NCBI GenBank assembly: GCA_002269645.1
Contig: NIVC01000184.1
Coordinates: forward strand, 186,001 to 250,000
DNA from: Macrostomum lignano
Lineage: Eukaryota
Direction: 5' to 3'
Length of the DNA: 64,000 bases
Each line of letters opens with the position of its first letter. Positions within the stretch are counted from its first letter, which is position 1. This document shows positions 24,901 through 38,500 of this stretch, one piece after another. The notes beneath the pieces were generated by a model. That model did not search any database. It saw only the letters and a program-made list of their open reading frames with translations, and was not told the origin of the DNA. A program made the position numbers and the translations under genes.

Positions 24901-26823
24901 AGATCTTTAGAATTTGTGCATTTGCACCTGTGATAATCAAATTCGCGCTAGGTGCAAATTTGCACTTGACTCCAAAGACTAGGTAGTAGAGCTACTACTA
25001 ACTTTTTGGATTATTTATAAAACGGTTTCTTGGGGCTGGTCTAAACTATCCATTATGAGGTACATCCCCCTAATAAAAATGTTATCATTTCCACTTCCTA
25101 GGTTTGGCCCTCCTTGTCTTTTTATTGGTTGATTTTCTCTTTCCTTGGTCCTTTGCTTTCCTTTCTCTTTTTCTATTTGTAATTTGCTTGAATGCCTATA
25201 TGTTTTTGCATTGATAGAATTTGTAGCCTTAGTTGCCCATCATTTAGAGTTTAAGGTTCTATTTTTTAAATGCCCACACTCCTTTATTGAATAGACCCCC
25301 TTTTCCATGCCCTATTATTGGCATATATGTGTATTTTTTTGCTCTGTTTTCAATTCTTTTCTGCCCTCTTTTTTTACTATTGCTACAATACTTTTTATCC
25401 AGCTATTACTATTTTATTGCCTAATTTAGTGGTACCTAGCTTTCACTTTTCTAATTAGCCTTGTGCATTGCAGTGTTACTGCATCTGACTAGGCCTACAT
25501 CATACAAGGACAAATATTGAGGAATTCCCGATAGGATAACTATTTATAAGGTTTTTTCAGTTACTATGTAAATAACACAGGCAATATTCACATGGCACTG
25601 TGCAAATAATGACTGCCTTATAGACCTGATTCCTTTTTTACCATGCATCATTAGGCCTAGGCTTAGCCTAACTAGGACTCGACTCTAGTGCAAATAAATA
25701 TCCCTATTGTGCAATCTGGCATGCACTCAACATGATCCGGAGCATTGGAATGGGTTGGCCTATGCTAAAATGTACAGGGCCTAGGCCCTGGCCCTATGGC
25801 TATGCAAACTTTGAAGGTCATTTCTACTTAGAAATGTCTAGAATATAATGTAGGTCTACTACTATCTATTAGTATTATATAAACTTAGGGCGTAGGCAAG
25901 CAGGCTACAAGTTCTAGTCAAGGCCTAGGTAGGTACTATAGGACCAGGTGTCACTATCAGTGCTTAAATGGATAGTTCGTTAGACGTTAATTAAAGCCAA
26001 AAACAGGTAATTGCTGATGAGAAAGAAACTGAGTTCACGTTAAATTTTAGAAAACATTAGATTTAACAAAGCGTTATTCAAATAAAATGCACACACAAGT
26101 GTTATGTACTAAAAATAATAAACAAAGAACGAAAACGTATTTGTGTTAAGAAAAGTAGAATCCTAATTTTATAAATTTAGACTGAAAAATATCTGTGAAC
26201 AACATTTTTTAACTTGGGTTTTGTCTGGTCTGATGGCTTGGAACCTTGAAGCAGCAGGGCGCGCGCTGCAACTGCGGGCCTTTTCATATTGCTTGTTCTT
26301 GTTCCAGAACCGAGATACGTGCTATAAAGTTTTTTATTATTGAATGACAATCGCCAAGAAGAAAGTAAAAAATTGTGCTAAGTGGGGTTGTTAAGGCAGT
26401 CAAACATTCAACAGAATTAAATAGTTATGCTGCTGTTTTTCTTGGAAGATCCGAACCGATTCTGATTCTGGAATCAGTAATATAAAAAGCCTCGCAGAGG
26501 CTCAGCATCTGTCTCTTTCTGTCGTGAAATATGTGTTGGCAATATAATATACGACTTTTCAAAAACTCATAGTTATTGACCTGTCTTAGAAATATATTAA
26601 GGAGTAGGTTTATATTATACAAAAGTAGGTTTTCGATATAAATAAAGTCTCCAGGTTAGACTTTTATTTTTTCTAGACTTTTACTTTTTTAATTAAACTT
26701 CTAGCCAATATTGACAAGTAGTTTTTTTGTTTGTTAAAAGAGTGTATCTGAAAAGAACTCTTTTAAAAGTATCAAGTCCATTTTGGGCAAAGTTTTTTCC
26801 CTTAAGTGTGAATTGTTAATGTT

Positions 26824-26990
26824 TAGAGGTTGGATGGGATCCTGATCCCAATCCTGAAATCTCAGGATCCCAAGGAAAATTCTATTCTTGCAGGACCAGG
26901 ATCCCAATCGCAATCACAATCCTGATCCTGAGAAAAAAATTATTCCCTATTCCAATCCCACCTGAAGATTTCAATCCTGTCCAACCTCTA
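26824..26990. mobile_element. hAT-type MITE, 167 bp
   Basis: TIR TAGAGGTTGGA at both ends; perfect 8-bp TSD TTAATGTT (26816-26823 and 26991-26998); internal GATCCC/AATCCT repeats. Confidence 0.88.
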
Positions 26991-27049
26991 TTAATGTTTG
27001 AATGAAAAAAAAACATTTTTTTCAATTTTTAGATAATTGTTTCTATTCC

Positions 27050-27346
27050 CCCTATTGCAGCCAAGGTCTGAACCGCGCTGGATGCCCCCCTTTCCCGCGC
27101 CAGACATCTACCTGTATCACGCCAGGGCCAGTCCCCAGGATCAGTGATTTGGTTCAATTAGTCAGTCAATGGCTTGCATCAATTGACGTTGACCTGGCCC
27201 TTTGTTGCTGCCAGTCGCCGAAGCACCTGCTGCTTCCGGGTCGTGCTGCACGCCACACGCCACACGCCGCCGCCGCGCGCCGCACTGCCGCCAGGCCAAT
27301 CCGCGCCGGACGCCGTACACGAAAATGGCCATTGGCTGCAATAGGG
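27050..27346. mobile_element. MITE, 297 bp, superfamily uncertain
   Basis: Perfect 15-bp TIR CCCTATTGCAGCCAA; perfect 8-bp TSD TCTATTCC (27042-27049 and 27347-27354). Confidence 0.9.
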
Positions 27347-29683
27347 TCTATTCCTAAGCATTTAGTATTAAAAATTAATAGGCCTAGCTAGCAAGCAAAA
27401 ATAAATTTTACTTGACAATGCCTATTTAGCTAGGCATATGCCCAGTTAGTATCTAGACTCTAGAGCTACAAGTTAAAAAGTCCCAGAAAAAGTAAGTTTC
27501 TAAGAAACAGGGTTTCCCATCTTTTAATATCTAATTCTAAGTAGGCCTAGTCCTTGGTGCATTACTATACATGCATATATAGAATACAAATAAAACTCTA
27601 AGATATATATTTTAACATGTACATTTTGACAAATACATCTAAGTCTAATTCATGTAGACTTGTAACTATTATGATTGTTGCCCTTTTGACTATTGCCTTT
27701 TTGACTGTCACCCCTTTTAACTGTTGCCCTTTTGATCTGTCACCCTTTGATTGGTTCCTATATCTAGTTATCTATTTGATATATTCAAAATTTACCTACA
27801 AAAATTCATATTAGGCCTACATCAATTTATAAATCATATATTATTTGTTTCTTTGTTTGTGATTAAAAAAGTCTTGAAATACCATTTTACTATTGGTATC
27901 ACTATCACTGCCTTGTTAAACAACTTCAGTTTTAGCCCCAACAACAATTATAATATTTTAATAGGCCTAGGCATTCTTTTAGATGATAATCATTGTTTAT
28001 CTTATTAGTTTTGATTGATGATTACCATTGAAGTTTTTCTTTTTTTATTCAAACAGAAAACACCAAAATTTAAATTAGGCTTAATTAGTAATTTAAATAG
28101 TTAGTTGTATTTAATTAGTTTTAGATAGAAGATAGGTCTAATCAGTTTTTTCTATGTAATTTTTAGAAAAGAATCATGTTCCAAAACTGCAAAGATTTTT
28201 ACAAAAATTATAATGAACTAAAAAATAATTTTCACTAAGCCTATATAGTACATAGAAGAAGCAAATTTCAATTCAGAGAAAAGTATTGAAAATCCAAAGC
28301 TTAATATAATCAATTGCCCTATTAGAAAAAATTGTATATATGCATATCAAGGGTCAAGCAAAAACATACCAAGGGGTTAGAGGCCTACTTTCAAAGGTAC
28401 ATAGGCTGCATCTTGGGGTCACCAAGTATGCCAAGGCTTAGAAGGCATTGCAGCAATAAAGGACCTTTTTGGCACTTTTCAGTGCTTTGGTAGTGTTAGC
28501 ATATTAACAAAATATCATTGCTATATAAAATATACCAAATAGCTTTTGCCAACTTTTGATGTTTTGACCATTATGCCATTTTGTACATGGCCATTTTGAC
28601 ATGGATTCTAAGCACTAAATTAAGTGTTACATTGCTCTATATTGTGTCATACCACACTAAGTGCTAACTTAGAAAATATGCCCTATTACCATCGCAAGGT
28701 CATTTTGAAAATGAGTAGGAGTTATTTTATTTTTCAATATTTGCCAAAAAATAAGCTTTTTACCAAAGAAGACTATATAACCATATATATAAATAAGACA
28801 GAGTTTTGATTTTTATAGGTAGAGATAAATTTTATAAAAGATAGTAATCAAGGCATGCTTGGGTGCAACCTAGGGATTCACCTGGCCATTTCTATTGGGA
28901 ACACATACATGTAAGTCGCTATTGGATGGAATAGTAGTCACATGACTGCTCTTAGCCAATAGCAACTTATATGTGTGTGTTGCCAATATAAATGGCTGAG
29001 TGATCCCCAAAGTTGGGCATGTATGAATCAAGGCATAACTATTTATGTTTAGATTTTAGCTTTGGCTTTTTGACTATTGATATTTTTAAAATCTTTAGTA
29101 TTAATATTAATAGTAATGTCCTATTTATCTTTAATAATTGTCAATTTACCAATTTGTCAAGAACTTATCTTCAGAGATTTATCATGAGTATTAGCTATTT
29201 TGTGAATAATTATACCCTTATACCTAATATAATAGTTATATTGAGTATAATAGTTATACCTAGTATATTAGTTATACCTGAATAGCTATAATTGCTTTTT
29301 AAAGCATTGGTATTAGGCCTAGCAAAATATTTATAGCTATTTTGTTTTCTTAGATTAATGATATAAAATATAGAATTCTGATTTTCAAAACAAAAAGCTC
29401 AATAAATGTCAATAGAGCTATAAAAAAGTAATAATCCTTTTAAAATATAAATATAGGATCTGACTCTTATCAAAAACAATAGCATTTATTGGTAAAAACC
29501 TGTCCCATAAATATTTTCCAAGAACTTTAGTTCTCCCCTATACTTGAGTATTCATTGTCTATGACTAAAAAATAGGACAAAATATTTTGCTTTATTTTCA
29601 TTTTATGAGACAATATGAGAAAAATTCAAAGCAAGTATGGTAAATGTCTATGCAAGAAATAAATTAAAGTTTTATTTTTATTC

Positions 29684-30515
29684 ATGGATTACTTTTGCCT
29701 CAGCGATAGTGATGAGGAGTCGCCTAATAGAGTATTCAGGGAGTCTGGGGGGCCGCCCAGCTCAGTGCTGATGCAGCTCTATGATCAGATTGGTCGGGCT
29801 GGTGCTACAAATGGTGGCTGTCTGCCATTGGAATGGAAGAGACCAGTGCCTGCTAGGCAGCAAATGCAGCCACCTCCTCAGCACCCATTGATGCATCAAG
29901 GTATTTTGCACTGTGTTTTACTGTTGCTTATGAAGATTAACTGACAACGCATATTTCATATTAATTTTACAAGGCTGCAGGAGCAAGTTCCTAATTATCT
30001 AATGGGAGTTACATTGCTGCAAGAAGCTAATTAGCTGACGAGGCATTGTGCAATTTTAAATACTGTAATTTACTCTCGCCTTTTACCCAAATAAAAGTTG
30101 TAGCTTGTCATTTGAAATAGCCCAAAGAAGATGAATAGCCAATGTAACTAAACTCATTCCAGTGGATTACGGACATGGCGTTCAATCTGCTGGCGTCTCA
30201 AGCAATTGCATAGGCAATGCTCACAATAGTGACCAAGTTTCTCAACAACAGCACGTTGTGGTCACTCAGCACGGCGCCGTGAACATCGGGGTGCCCATTA
30301 CTATACAACAGAAACCGGCCGAACTGGCTTCATCATCTCATCAGCATCATCCCGCTCAGCCGCCTCGCATCCTGCACGTGATTCAGGGCAGCCAACTGCA
30401 ACAGCTAATCCAGCAGTCTCAGCAGCATCAGCAGCAGCAGATTCAGGTGAATCTGGCGCCCATCGGCCTGGCCCCAGTTGCCAATAGCAACAGGCCGCCG
30501 CATTCTGTTGGTTAA
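29684..30515 (+). CDS. putative two-exon Gln/His-rich orphan protein (about 189 aa; may be partial)
   Basis: Exon 29684-29900 (donor G|GTATTT) joins 30163-30515 (acceptor CCAG) in phase 1; GC-rich and protein-like composition; no recognised domain. Confidence 0.45.
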
Positions 30516-30594
30516 CATTGCTTTTGCTCCATCGTTTATTAAAGACTCAAGATTGACATCTGGGTCCAGAGATCCCAGTGATCCAGAAATCAAA

Positions 30595-31157
30595 TATTTA
30601 TGATTGCAATATTGGGATCTAGGATTTATGATTGCAATATTGGGATCTGGGATTTATCATTGCAGAATTGAGATCTGGGATTTATGATTGCAATATTGGA
30701 ATCTGGGATTTGTGATTGCAATATTGAGATCTGGGATTTATGATTGCAGTATTGAAATTTGGGATTTATGATTGCAATATTGGGATTTGGGATTTTTGAT
30801 GGAAATATTGGCATTTGGGGTTTATGATTGCAATATTTGCATCTGGGATTTATGATTGCAATATTGGGATCTGGGATTTATGATTGCAATATTGGGATCT
30901 GGGATTTATGATTGCAATATTGAGATCTGGGATTTATGATTGCAGTATTGAAATTTGGGATTTATGATTGCAATATTGGGATTTGGGATTTTTGATTGAA
31001 ATATTGGGATTTGGGGTTTATGATTGCAATATTTGCATCTGGGATTTATGATTGCAATATTGGGATCTGGGATTTATGATTGCAATATTGGGATCTGGGA
31101 TTTATGATTGCAATATTGGGATCTGGGATTTATGATTGCAATATTGGGATCTGGGAT
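30595..31157. repeat. 28-bp minisatellite (ATTGCAATATTGGGATCTGGGATTTATG)
   Basis: About 20 units. Confidence 0.95.
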
Positions 31158-31734
31158 CGGGGAGAATTTTAAATTTGTAGCACTTTTGTCTGCTCTATTT
31201 CGCCATTTATACCTGGCAATCTCTTTCACCCTTGCTTCTTTAGGCTTAAAGTTATCGTATTTTTGTGTTGCTTTCTAAATTATGAACATATTTGGTTAAA
31301 TAATGATGATTGATATTGAAGCAATTCAATATAAAAATTGCTACACACCATTATTTAATTGTGTTCTCGCATGTAATAAGCTTCATTTGCATTGTTTGCA
31401 TTTTTTCTATTTGCATATCTACTCCAACTAACACAGCTAGTCTTCAACTGCAATGTATTTAGCATTGTGAATGCTGTTTTTCCTGCTTCCTATCTGTCTA
31501 CAATTTTAGTAATTATAACCTGTCTAGTATTAATAAGTATATCAATTAAACAATACAGTAATTATTGTTTTTGTAATGAAGCCATGCAAAATTGCAATTG
31601 TTGGTATTTTTAGTATTAAATAAAAAAGTGTCTTCTGCAACTTTGTGCCGATCAGCTTTGCACTTTTACCTTGTCAAATTGTTCTTCTTTTGTCTGGCTA
31701 TTTATTTATTACCCTCACCCTAATAACAGTAGTA

Positions 31735-32320
31735 GTCAGACATCTCACTGCCTCAATCCTCAGATTGGTCAGACATCTCACTGCCTCAATCCTCAGATTG
31801 GTCAGACACCTCACTGCCTCAATCCTCAGATTGGTCAGACACCTCACTGCCCCAATCCTCAGATTGGTCAGACATCTCACTGCCCCAATCCTCAGATTGG
31901 TCAGACATCTCACTGCCTCAATCCTCAGATTGGTCAGACATCTCACTGCCCCAATCCTCAGATTGGTCAGACATCTCACTGCCTCAATCCTCAGATTGGT
32001 CAGACATCTCACTGCCCCAATCCTCAGATTGGTCAGACATCTCACTGCCCCAATCCTCAGATTGGTCAGACATCTCACTGCCTCAATCCTCAGATTGGTC
32101 AGACATCTCACTGCCCTAACCCTCAGATTGGTCAGACACCTCACTGCCCCAATCCTCAGATTGGTCAGACACCTCACTGTTTCAATCCTCAGATTGGTCA
32201 GACATCTCACTGTTTCAATCCTCAGATTGGTCAGACATCTCACTGCCTCAATCCTCAGATTGGTCAGACATCTCACTGCCTTAATCCTCATTGGTCAGAC
32301 ACCTCACTGTTTCAATCCTC
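31735..32320. repeat. 33-bp minisatellite (CAGACATCTCACTGCCTCAATCCTCAGATTGGT)
   Basis: About 18 units just upstream of KIF19; explains three overlapping repeat ORFs. Confidence 0.96.
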
Positions 32321-32506
32321 AGTTCAGGCACTGCTTCTATAAATGTATCATGATGACAGATTTCCAAAGGTGATTATTTTCCAGCTGGATGTAACCACTG
32401 CTCAATAAAAAATGCAACAAAGAATTGAGATCTCCGAGAGTTGTTGACAGTGGCAGAAAAATAATAGATTTGTTGAATTTACTTGGACATCCCGACTGTT
32501 TACGCG

Positions 32507-35500
32507 ATGCCAGCCGACAAATCCACACTGGTTGGCGATCAAAATTTAATGGTTAGTTTCTCCATGCTTCGCAAAATTGTAAATCAAATCGATTCCAAAT
32601 ACAGTCACATAAATTTGGGACTATGTAATATAGGTTTGGCTCGACAATTAACGGCCTTAAGGCCAACCCCCATTAATTTAACTAAAATCAATTAGCTAAA
32701 ATCCAATTCAGGTTTGCGTCCGTATTCGACCAATCAGCGAGGAGGAAATACTCAACGGATCCAACGTTATCGCGCACACCGTTGACGAGCGCGTTGTGGT
32801 GCTGCTGGATCCAAGCGAAGATCCCGACGATATATTGCGGGCCAATCGCAGCAGAGAGAGGCAGTTCGTGTTCGACCGGGCGTTTGACTGCAATTCTACT
32901 CAGGTAGGGTGTGGGGATAATCCCCTAGGATCCCATATTAGATCATCCATCAGATCCTTTATCAGATAACTCCCTCAGATCCTATATCAGATAATCCCCT
33001 CAGATCCTATATCAGATAATCCCCTCAGATACCATATCAGATAATCACCCCAGATCCGATATTAGATAATCCCCTCAGATACCATATCAGATATTCCCTC
33101 CAGATCCCATATCAGATAATCACCCCAGATCCCATATCAGATAATCCCCTCAGATCCCATATCAGATAATCCCCTCAGATACCATATCAGATAATCACCC
33201 CAGATCCCATATCAGATAATCCCCTCAGATTCCATATCAGATAATCACCCCAGATCCCATATCAGATAATCACCTCAGATACCATATCAGATAATCACCC
33301 CAGATCCCATATCAGATAATCCCCTCAGATACCATATCAGATATTCCCTCCAGATCCCATATCAGATAATCACCCCAGATCCCATATCAGATAATCCCCT
33401 CAGATACCATATCAGATATTCCCTCCAGATCCCATATCAGATAATCCCCTCAGATCCCATATCAGATAATCCCCTCAGATACCATATCAGATAATCACCC
33501 CAGATCCCATATCAGATAATCCCCTCAGATCCCATATCAGATATTCCCTCCAGATCCCATATCAGATAATCACCCCAGATCCCATATCAGATAATCACCC
33601 CAGATCCCATATCAGATAATCCCCTCAGATCCCATATCAGATAATCACCCCAGATCCGATATCAGATAATCCCTCCAGATCCCATATCAGATAATCACCC
33701 CAGATCCCATATCAGATAATCCCCTCAGATCCCATATCAGATAATCCCTCCAGATCCCATATCAGATAATCACCCCAGATCCCATATCAGATAATCACCC
33801 CAGATCCCATATCAGATAACCCCCTCAGATCCCATATCAGATAATCCCCTCAGATACCATATCAGATAGTCCCTCCAGATCCCATATCAGATAATCACCC
33901 CAGATCCCATATCAGATAACCACCCCAGATCCCATATCAGATAATCCCCTCAGATCCCATATCAGATAATCACCCCAGATCCGATATCAGATAATTCCCT
34001 CAGATCCCATATCAGATAATCACCCCAGATCCGATATCAGATAATTCCCTCAGATCCCATATCAGATAACTCCCTCAGATCCTATATCAGATAATCCCTT
34101 CAGATACCATATATCAGATAATCACCCCAGATCCCATATCAGATAATCCCCTCAGATCCTATATCAGATATTCCCCAGATCTCAGGCAGAGATGGATAGA
34201 TTAGATAGACAGTAAAAAATAGATTATCCTAAATCTATCAAATCCCTAAAGTAAAGTGACCAAACCCCACCTTATTTACCCATTGGCAGGAGGAAGTGTA
34301 CGAATCGACTACCAAATTTCTAATTGACACAGTTACTAATGGTTACAATGCAACCGTGTTTGCGTACGGAGCGACAGGTAATATGCTTTTATACAGTATA
34401 CGCTATTGTCTAATCCAGACTCCTCACGTTGGCAACAGTAAAAGTACACTAAGCTTCCAACTAAGCGAGTACATACCCAGAAGAATGGTAGAGACACATG
34501 CGTTGTAGTTCTGCAGCCAATGCGCTGATTGATTTGTGTAAGAGTAGAGAGAATGCAGTGTAGCATGATGGATGCAGGATAGGTGAAGGACGGAGCCAGG
34601 GCTATAGAGAGATAGCGATGAAGTGAATCCGTGATGCTGAGAGATCCTCATCCTTTATGGAGTGGAGAGAGCTGAGGAGAGCTTAGGGCAATTTAGGCCT
34701 TAGTTTGTCCCGAGAAATAAAGTACATTTTTTACTCCCTATTCTTACCTAATGTCTAAATATTTCATGATCGTAATATTACCATCTTACCGTATCCTTTT
34801 CGGATGTTTGATAGTATAGCTTTAAATCAATTAGAATATATTCTCTATTATCTCATCTATTCTCTAATCTCCATTAGAATCTCATCTATTCTCCAATCTC
34901 CATTATTATCTCATCTATTCTCTAATCTCCATTAGAATCTCATCTATTCTCCAATCTCCATTATTATCTCATCTATTCTCCAATCTCCATTAGTATCTCA
35001 TCTATTCTCCAATCTCCATTAGTATCTCATCTATTATCCAATCTCCATTAGTATCTCATCTATTATCCAATCTCCATTAGTATCTTATCTATTCTCCAAT
35101 CTCCATTAGTATCTCATCTATTCTCCTATCTCTATTAGTATCTCATCTATTCTCCAATCTCCATTAGTATCTCATCTAGTCTCCATTAGTATCTCATCTA
35201 GTCTCCAGTATTTCATCTATTCACCAGTATCTCATCTCATCATATCACGAATTTGCAGGTGCCGGCAAGACTTACACAATGCTGGGCACAGACCGGGAGC
35301 CAGGCATCATGTACCGCACACTGGAGGATCTGTTCAATCAAATGCAGAAAACCTCAGACGATAGTGTTTATAAGTTCAGCATGTCCTATCTAGAGATCTA
35401 TAATGAGCAATTAAGAGATTTGCTTAATCCCGCCTCGGGCGTGCTCGACATGCGAGAAGACACTCGCGGCGGAGTTCAGGTGGCAGGGCTCAGCGAGATT

Positions 35501-38500
35501 CAGGCTAATAACACCGGCGAGGTGAGCTGTGTACTTTTGAGTGAAGGTGGTCAGAGCGTCGGACTTACAACTGAAAGGTCGGGGGTTCGATTCTCGACCC
35601 ACTCGGAACAATTTGTGTCCTTGAGCAAGACACTTAACTCTGCATTGCTTCAGTTCACCCAGCTGTAAAATGGGTGCCAGCATTAGCTGGGGTAATTGAG
35701 GGTGTGTGTGGCGACCCCCCAGTCCTTGGACTGAACAGCCGTACGCAGCCTTCAGATGCTTTATAATAATCAACTTTATTTGTAACAACGTAAATACATT
35801 TAATCAGTCTAAATGCCTACTTTTACAGGTTCTGCACCTGCTCACTCAGGGCAATCTCGCTAGAACTACAGAACCAACCGCTGCCAATGAAACTAGTTCA
35901 AGGTCGCATGCTGTGCTGCAGGTAGTGTTGTGGAAACTTCATGTTTTTACAGTTTCAGTAGGGAGCGGATATCAGGCAGATTCAGTAGGGAGCGGAGATC
36001 AGGCAGATTCAGTAGGGAGCGGAGATCAGGCAGATTCAGTAGGCAGCGGAGATCACGCAGATTCAGTAGGCAGCGGAGATCAGGGAGATTCAGTAGGGAG
36101 CGGAGATCAGGAGGCAGATTCAGTAGGCAGCGGAGATCAGGCAGATTCAGTAGGCAGCGGAGATCAGGCAGATTCAGTAGGGAGCGGAGATCAGGTGATT
36201 CAGTAGGGAGCGGATATCAGGCAGATTCAGTAGGGAGCGGAGATCAGGGAGATTCAGTAGGCAGCGGAGATCAGGCAGATTCAGTAGGCAGCGGAGATCA
36301 GGGAGATTCAGTAGGCAGCGGAGATCAGGGAGATTCAGTAGGCAGCGGAGATCAGGCAGATTCAGTAGGCAGCGGAGATCAGGCAGATTCAGTAGGGAGC
36401 GGAGATCAGGTAGATTCAGTAGGGAGCGGAGATCAGGCAGATTCAGTAGGCAGCGGAGACCAGGCAGATTCAGTAGCAATTAGACCGGCAACTCAACTAT
36501 ACAGGTAACCGTGCTCAAGCGGTCCCGAGTTCGCGACGTGACAGAGGAGGTCCGCACTGGCAAGCTGTTCCTAATTGACCTGGCCGGCTCGGAGCGGGCC
36601 GCGCACACGCAGAATCGCGGCAAACGAATGCTAGAAGGTGCTCACATCAACCGGTCCCTGCTAGCCCTTGGCAACTGCATCAACGCCCTGGCCGACCGGA
36701 CGGGTCACAGATACGTGAACTTTCGCGACAGCAAGCTGACCAGATTATTAAAAGAGGCCCTTGGCGGTAATTGCAAAACTGTAATGATTGCCAACATATC
36801 GCCTGCTAATTTGCATTTTGAAGACTCAAGAAACACTCTAGTGTACGCCGATCGGGCCAAACAGATTCGTACAAAAGTACGCCGCAATGTCACCGATGTG
36901 AGTCATCATATCGCTCAATACACCGGAGTTATTAACGAATTAAGGCAGGAAATTTTCCGTCTACGCGGACGATTGGAAGGCGGCGCAAGCACCGGTACGG
37001 CTTCTAAAGCTTTGTTTAGCGCTGCGAAACAGAGGCGCGTCTTCAATACCACTAAGGAGCAGATTCTAACCGCTTTTCAAGAGGTTATGGAGCTGAGGTG
37101 AGTTCATCTGTGCTTTGCTTTATTACTGCTGCGTTAGTAGGGATGTCCGGGTTTATACGTATAAAAGCGCCATTAGCAGCTAGATAAGAGTGCCATAATC
37201 ATGTAGATAAAAGCGCCATTATTAGGTAGATAAAAGCGCCATTATTAGGTGGATAGAGTGTCATTATTAGGTAGATAAGAGCACCACTAGCAGGTAGATA
37301 AGAGCACCACTAGCAGTTAGATAAGAGCACCACTAGCAGGTAGATAAGAGCGCAACTAGCAGGTAGATAAGAGCGCCATTATTAGGTAGATAAGAGTGCC
37401 ATTATTAGGTAGATAAGAGCGCCACTAGCAGGTAGATAAGAGCGCAACTAGCAGGTAGATAAGAGCACCACTAGCAGGTAGATAAGAGCGCAACTAGCAG
37501 GTAGATAAGAGCGCCATTATTAGGTAGATAAGAGTGCCATTATTAGGTAGATAAGAGCGCTATTAGAAGGTAGATAAAAGCGCTATTAGCAGGTATATAA
37601 GAGCGCCATTAACGGGTAGCTTAGGGCGCCATCAACAGGTAGATAAGGTAGTTAAGGTAAGGATTTCTACGAAGTTTAAAATAGCAGTTTTGTACGTATT
37701 ACTAGAACAATGTTTTATTTACGAGCACTCGTATTTGACCTTCACGTATTTATCAATGCACGTGACCTCACCTGAGCAACGTATTATACCAAATAGACCA
37801 GCACTACTCGTGCCTGTACGACAGCCATGAGTCTGTTCACTTTTCACATTGAAAATTAACGTAATCAACTAAGTAGCTGTTTTTTTATCAGATACCTCAC
37901 GAATCTCGGATTTCTTTGTTGACTGATACTCGTAATTTCAGAAATTGTATTTTTCAAGCATTTTCTATGCGTTACGTTACAGAATATTAATAAAATCCTC
38001 GTGCACTACTGCTGGGTGTAAGTAATGTAAAACGCATTTTTAACCTTATTAATTTTAATCTACTTGCTATTTTCCAGCTATCTAACTGCGAAATACTTCG
38101 TAGCTTGTACATGTGTTAAAGAATTCAAGCTAAAAGTTAGTTTTTCCTGTTTTCATTTTTAGTGTCCTTTTTTAACTTACTAACATTTGATGAACATTTT
38201 TTGCTTTTTATATTTGCTTTAACTGCTTTTTATTCCATTTTTTATCTTTTTTTAGTCTATTTCTATTCCCCTTTGCCCTTCTGTACACAGGTGACCCCCT
38301 GTCCATATATTTACACGGTGACCCCCTGATGTCCGTAGTTATTCACGGGTGACCCCCTATCCCTATTTGTACACAGGTGACCCCATGTTAATATCTGTAC
38401 CACAGGTGACCCCCTGCTGTCCAAATCTGTACACAAGTGACCCCCCGCTGTCCCTATCTGTACACCCTCTGCCCCTCTCTGTACGCAGGAGACCCCAACC

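Noticed and set aside
25030-25420. Possible decayed gag zinc knuckle and polypurine tract on the minus strand
   Set aside because: Too mutated; no open frame or paired LTR to support it.
35545-35605. SINE heads (also 44682, 55357, 57030, 59438) as tRNA genes
   Set aside because: No complete acceptor stem, and each continues into a shared repeat body.
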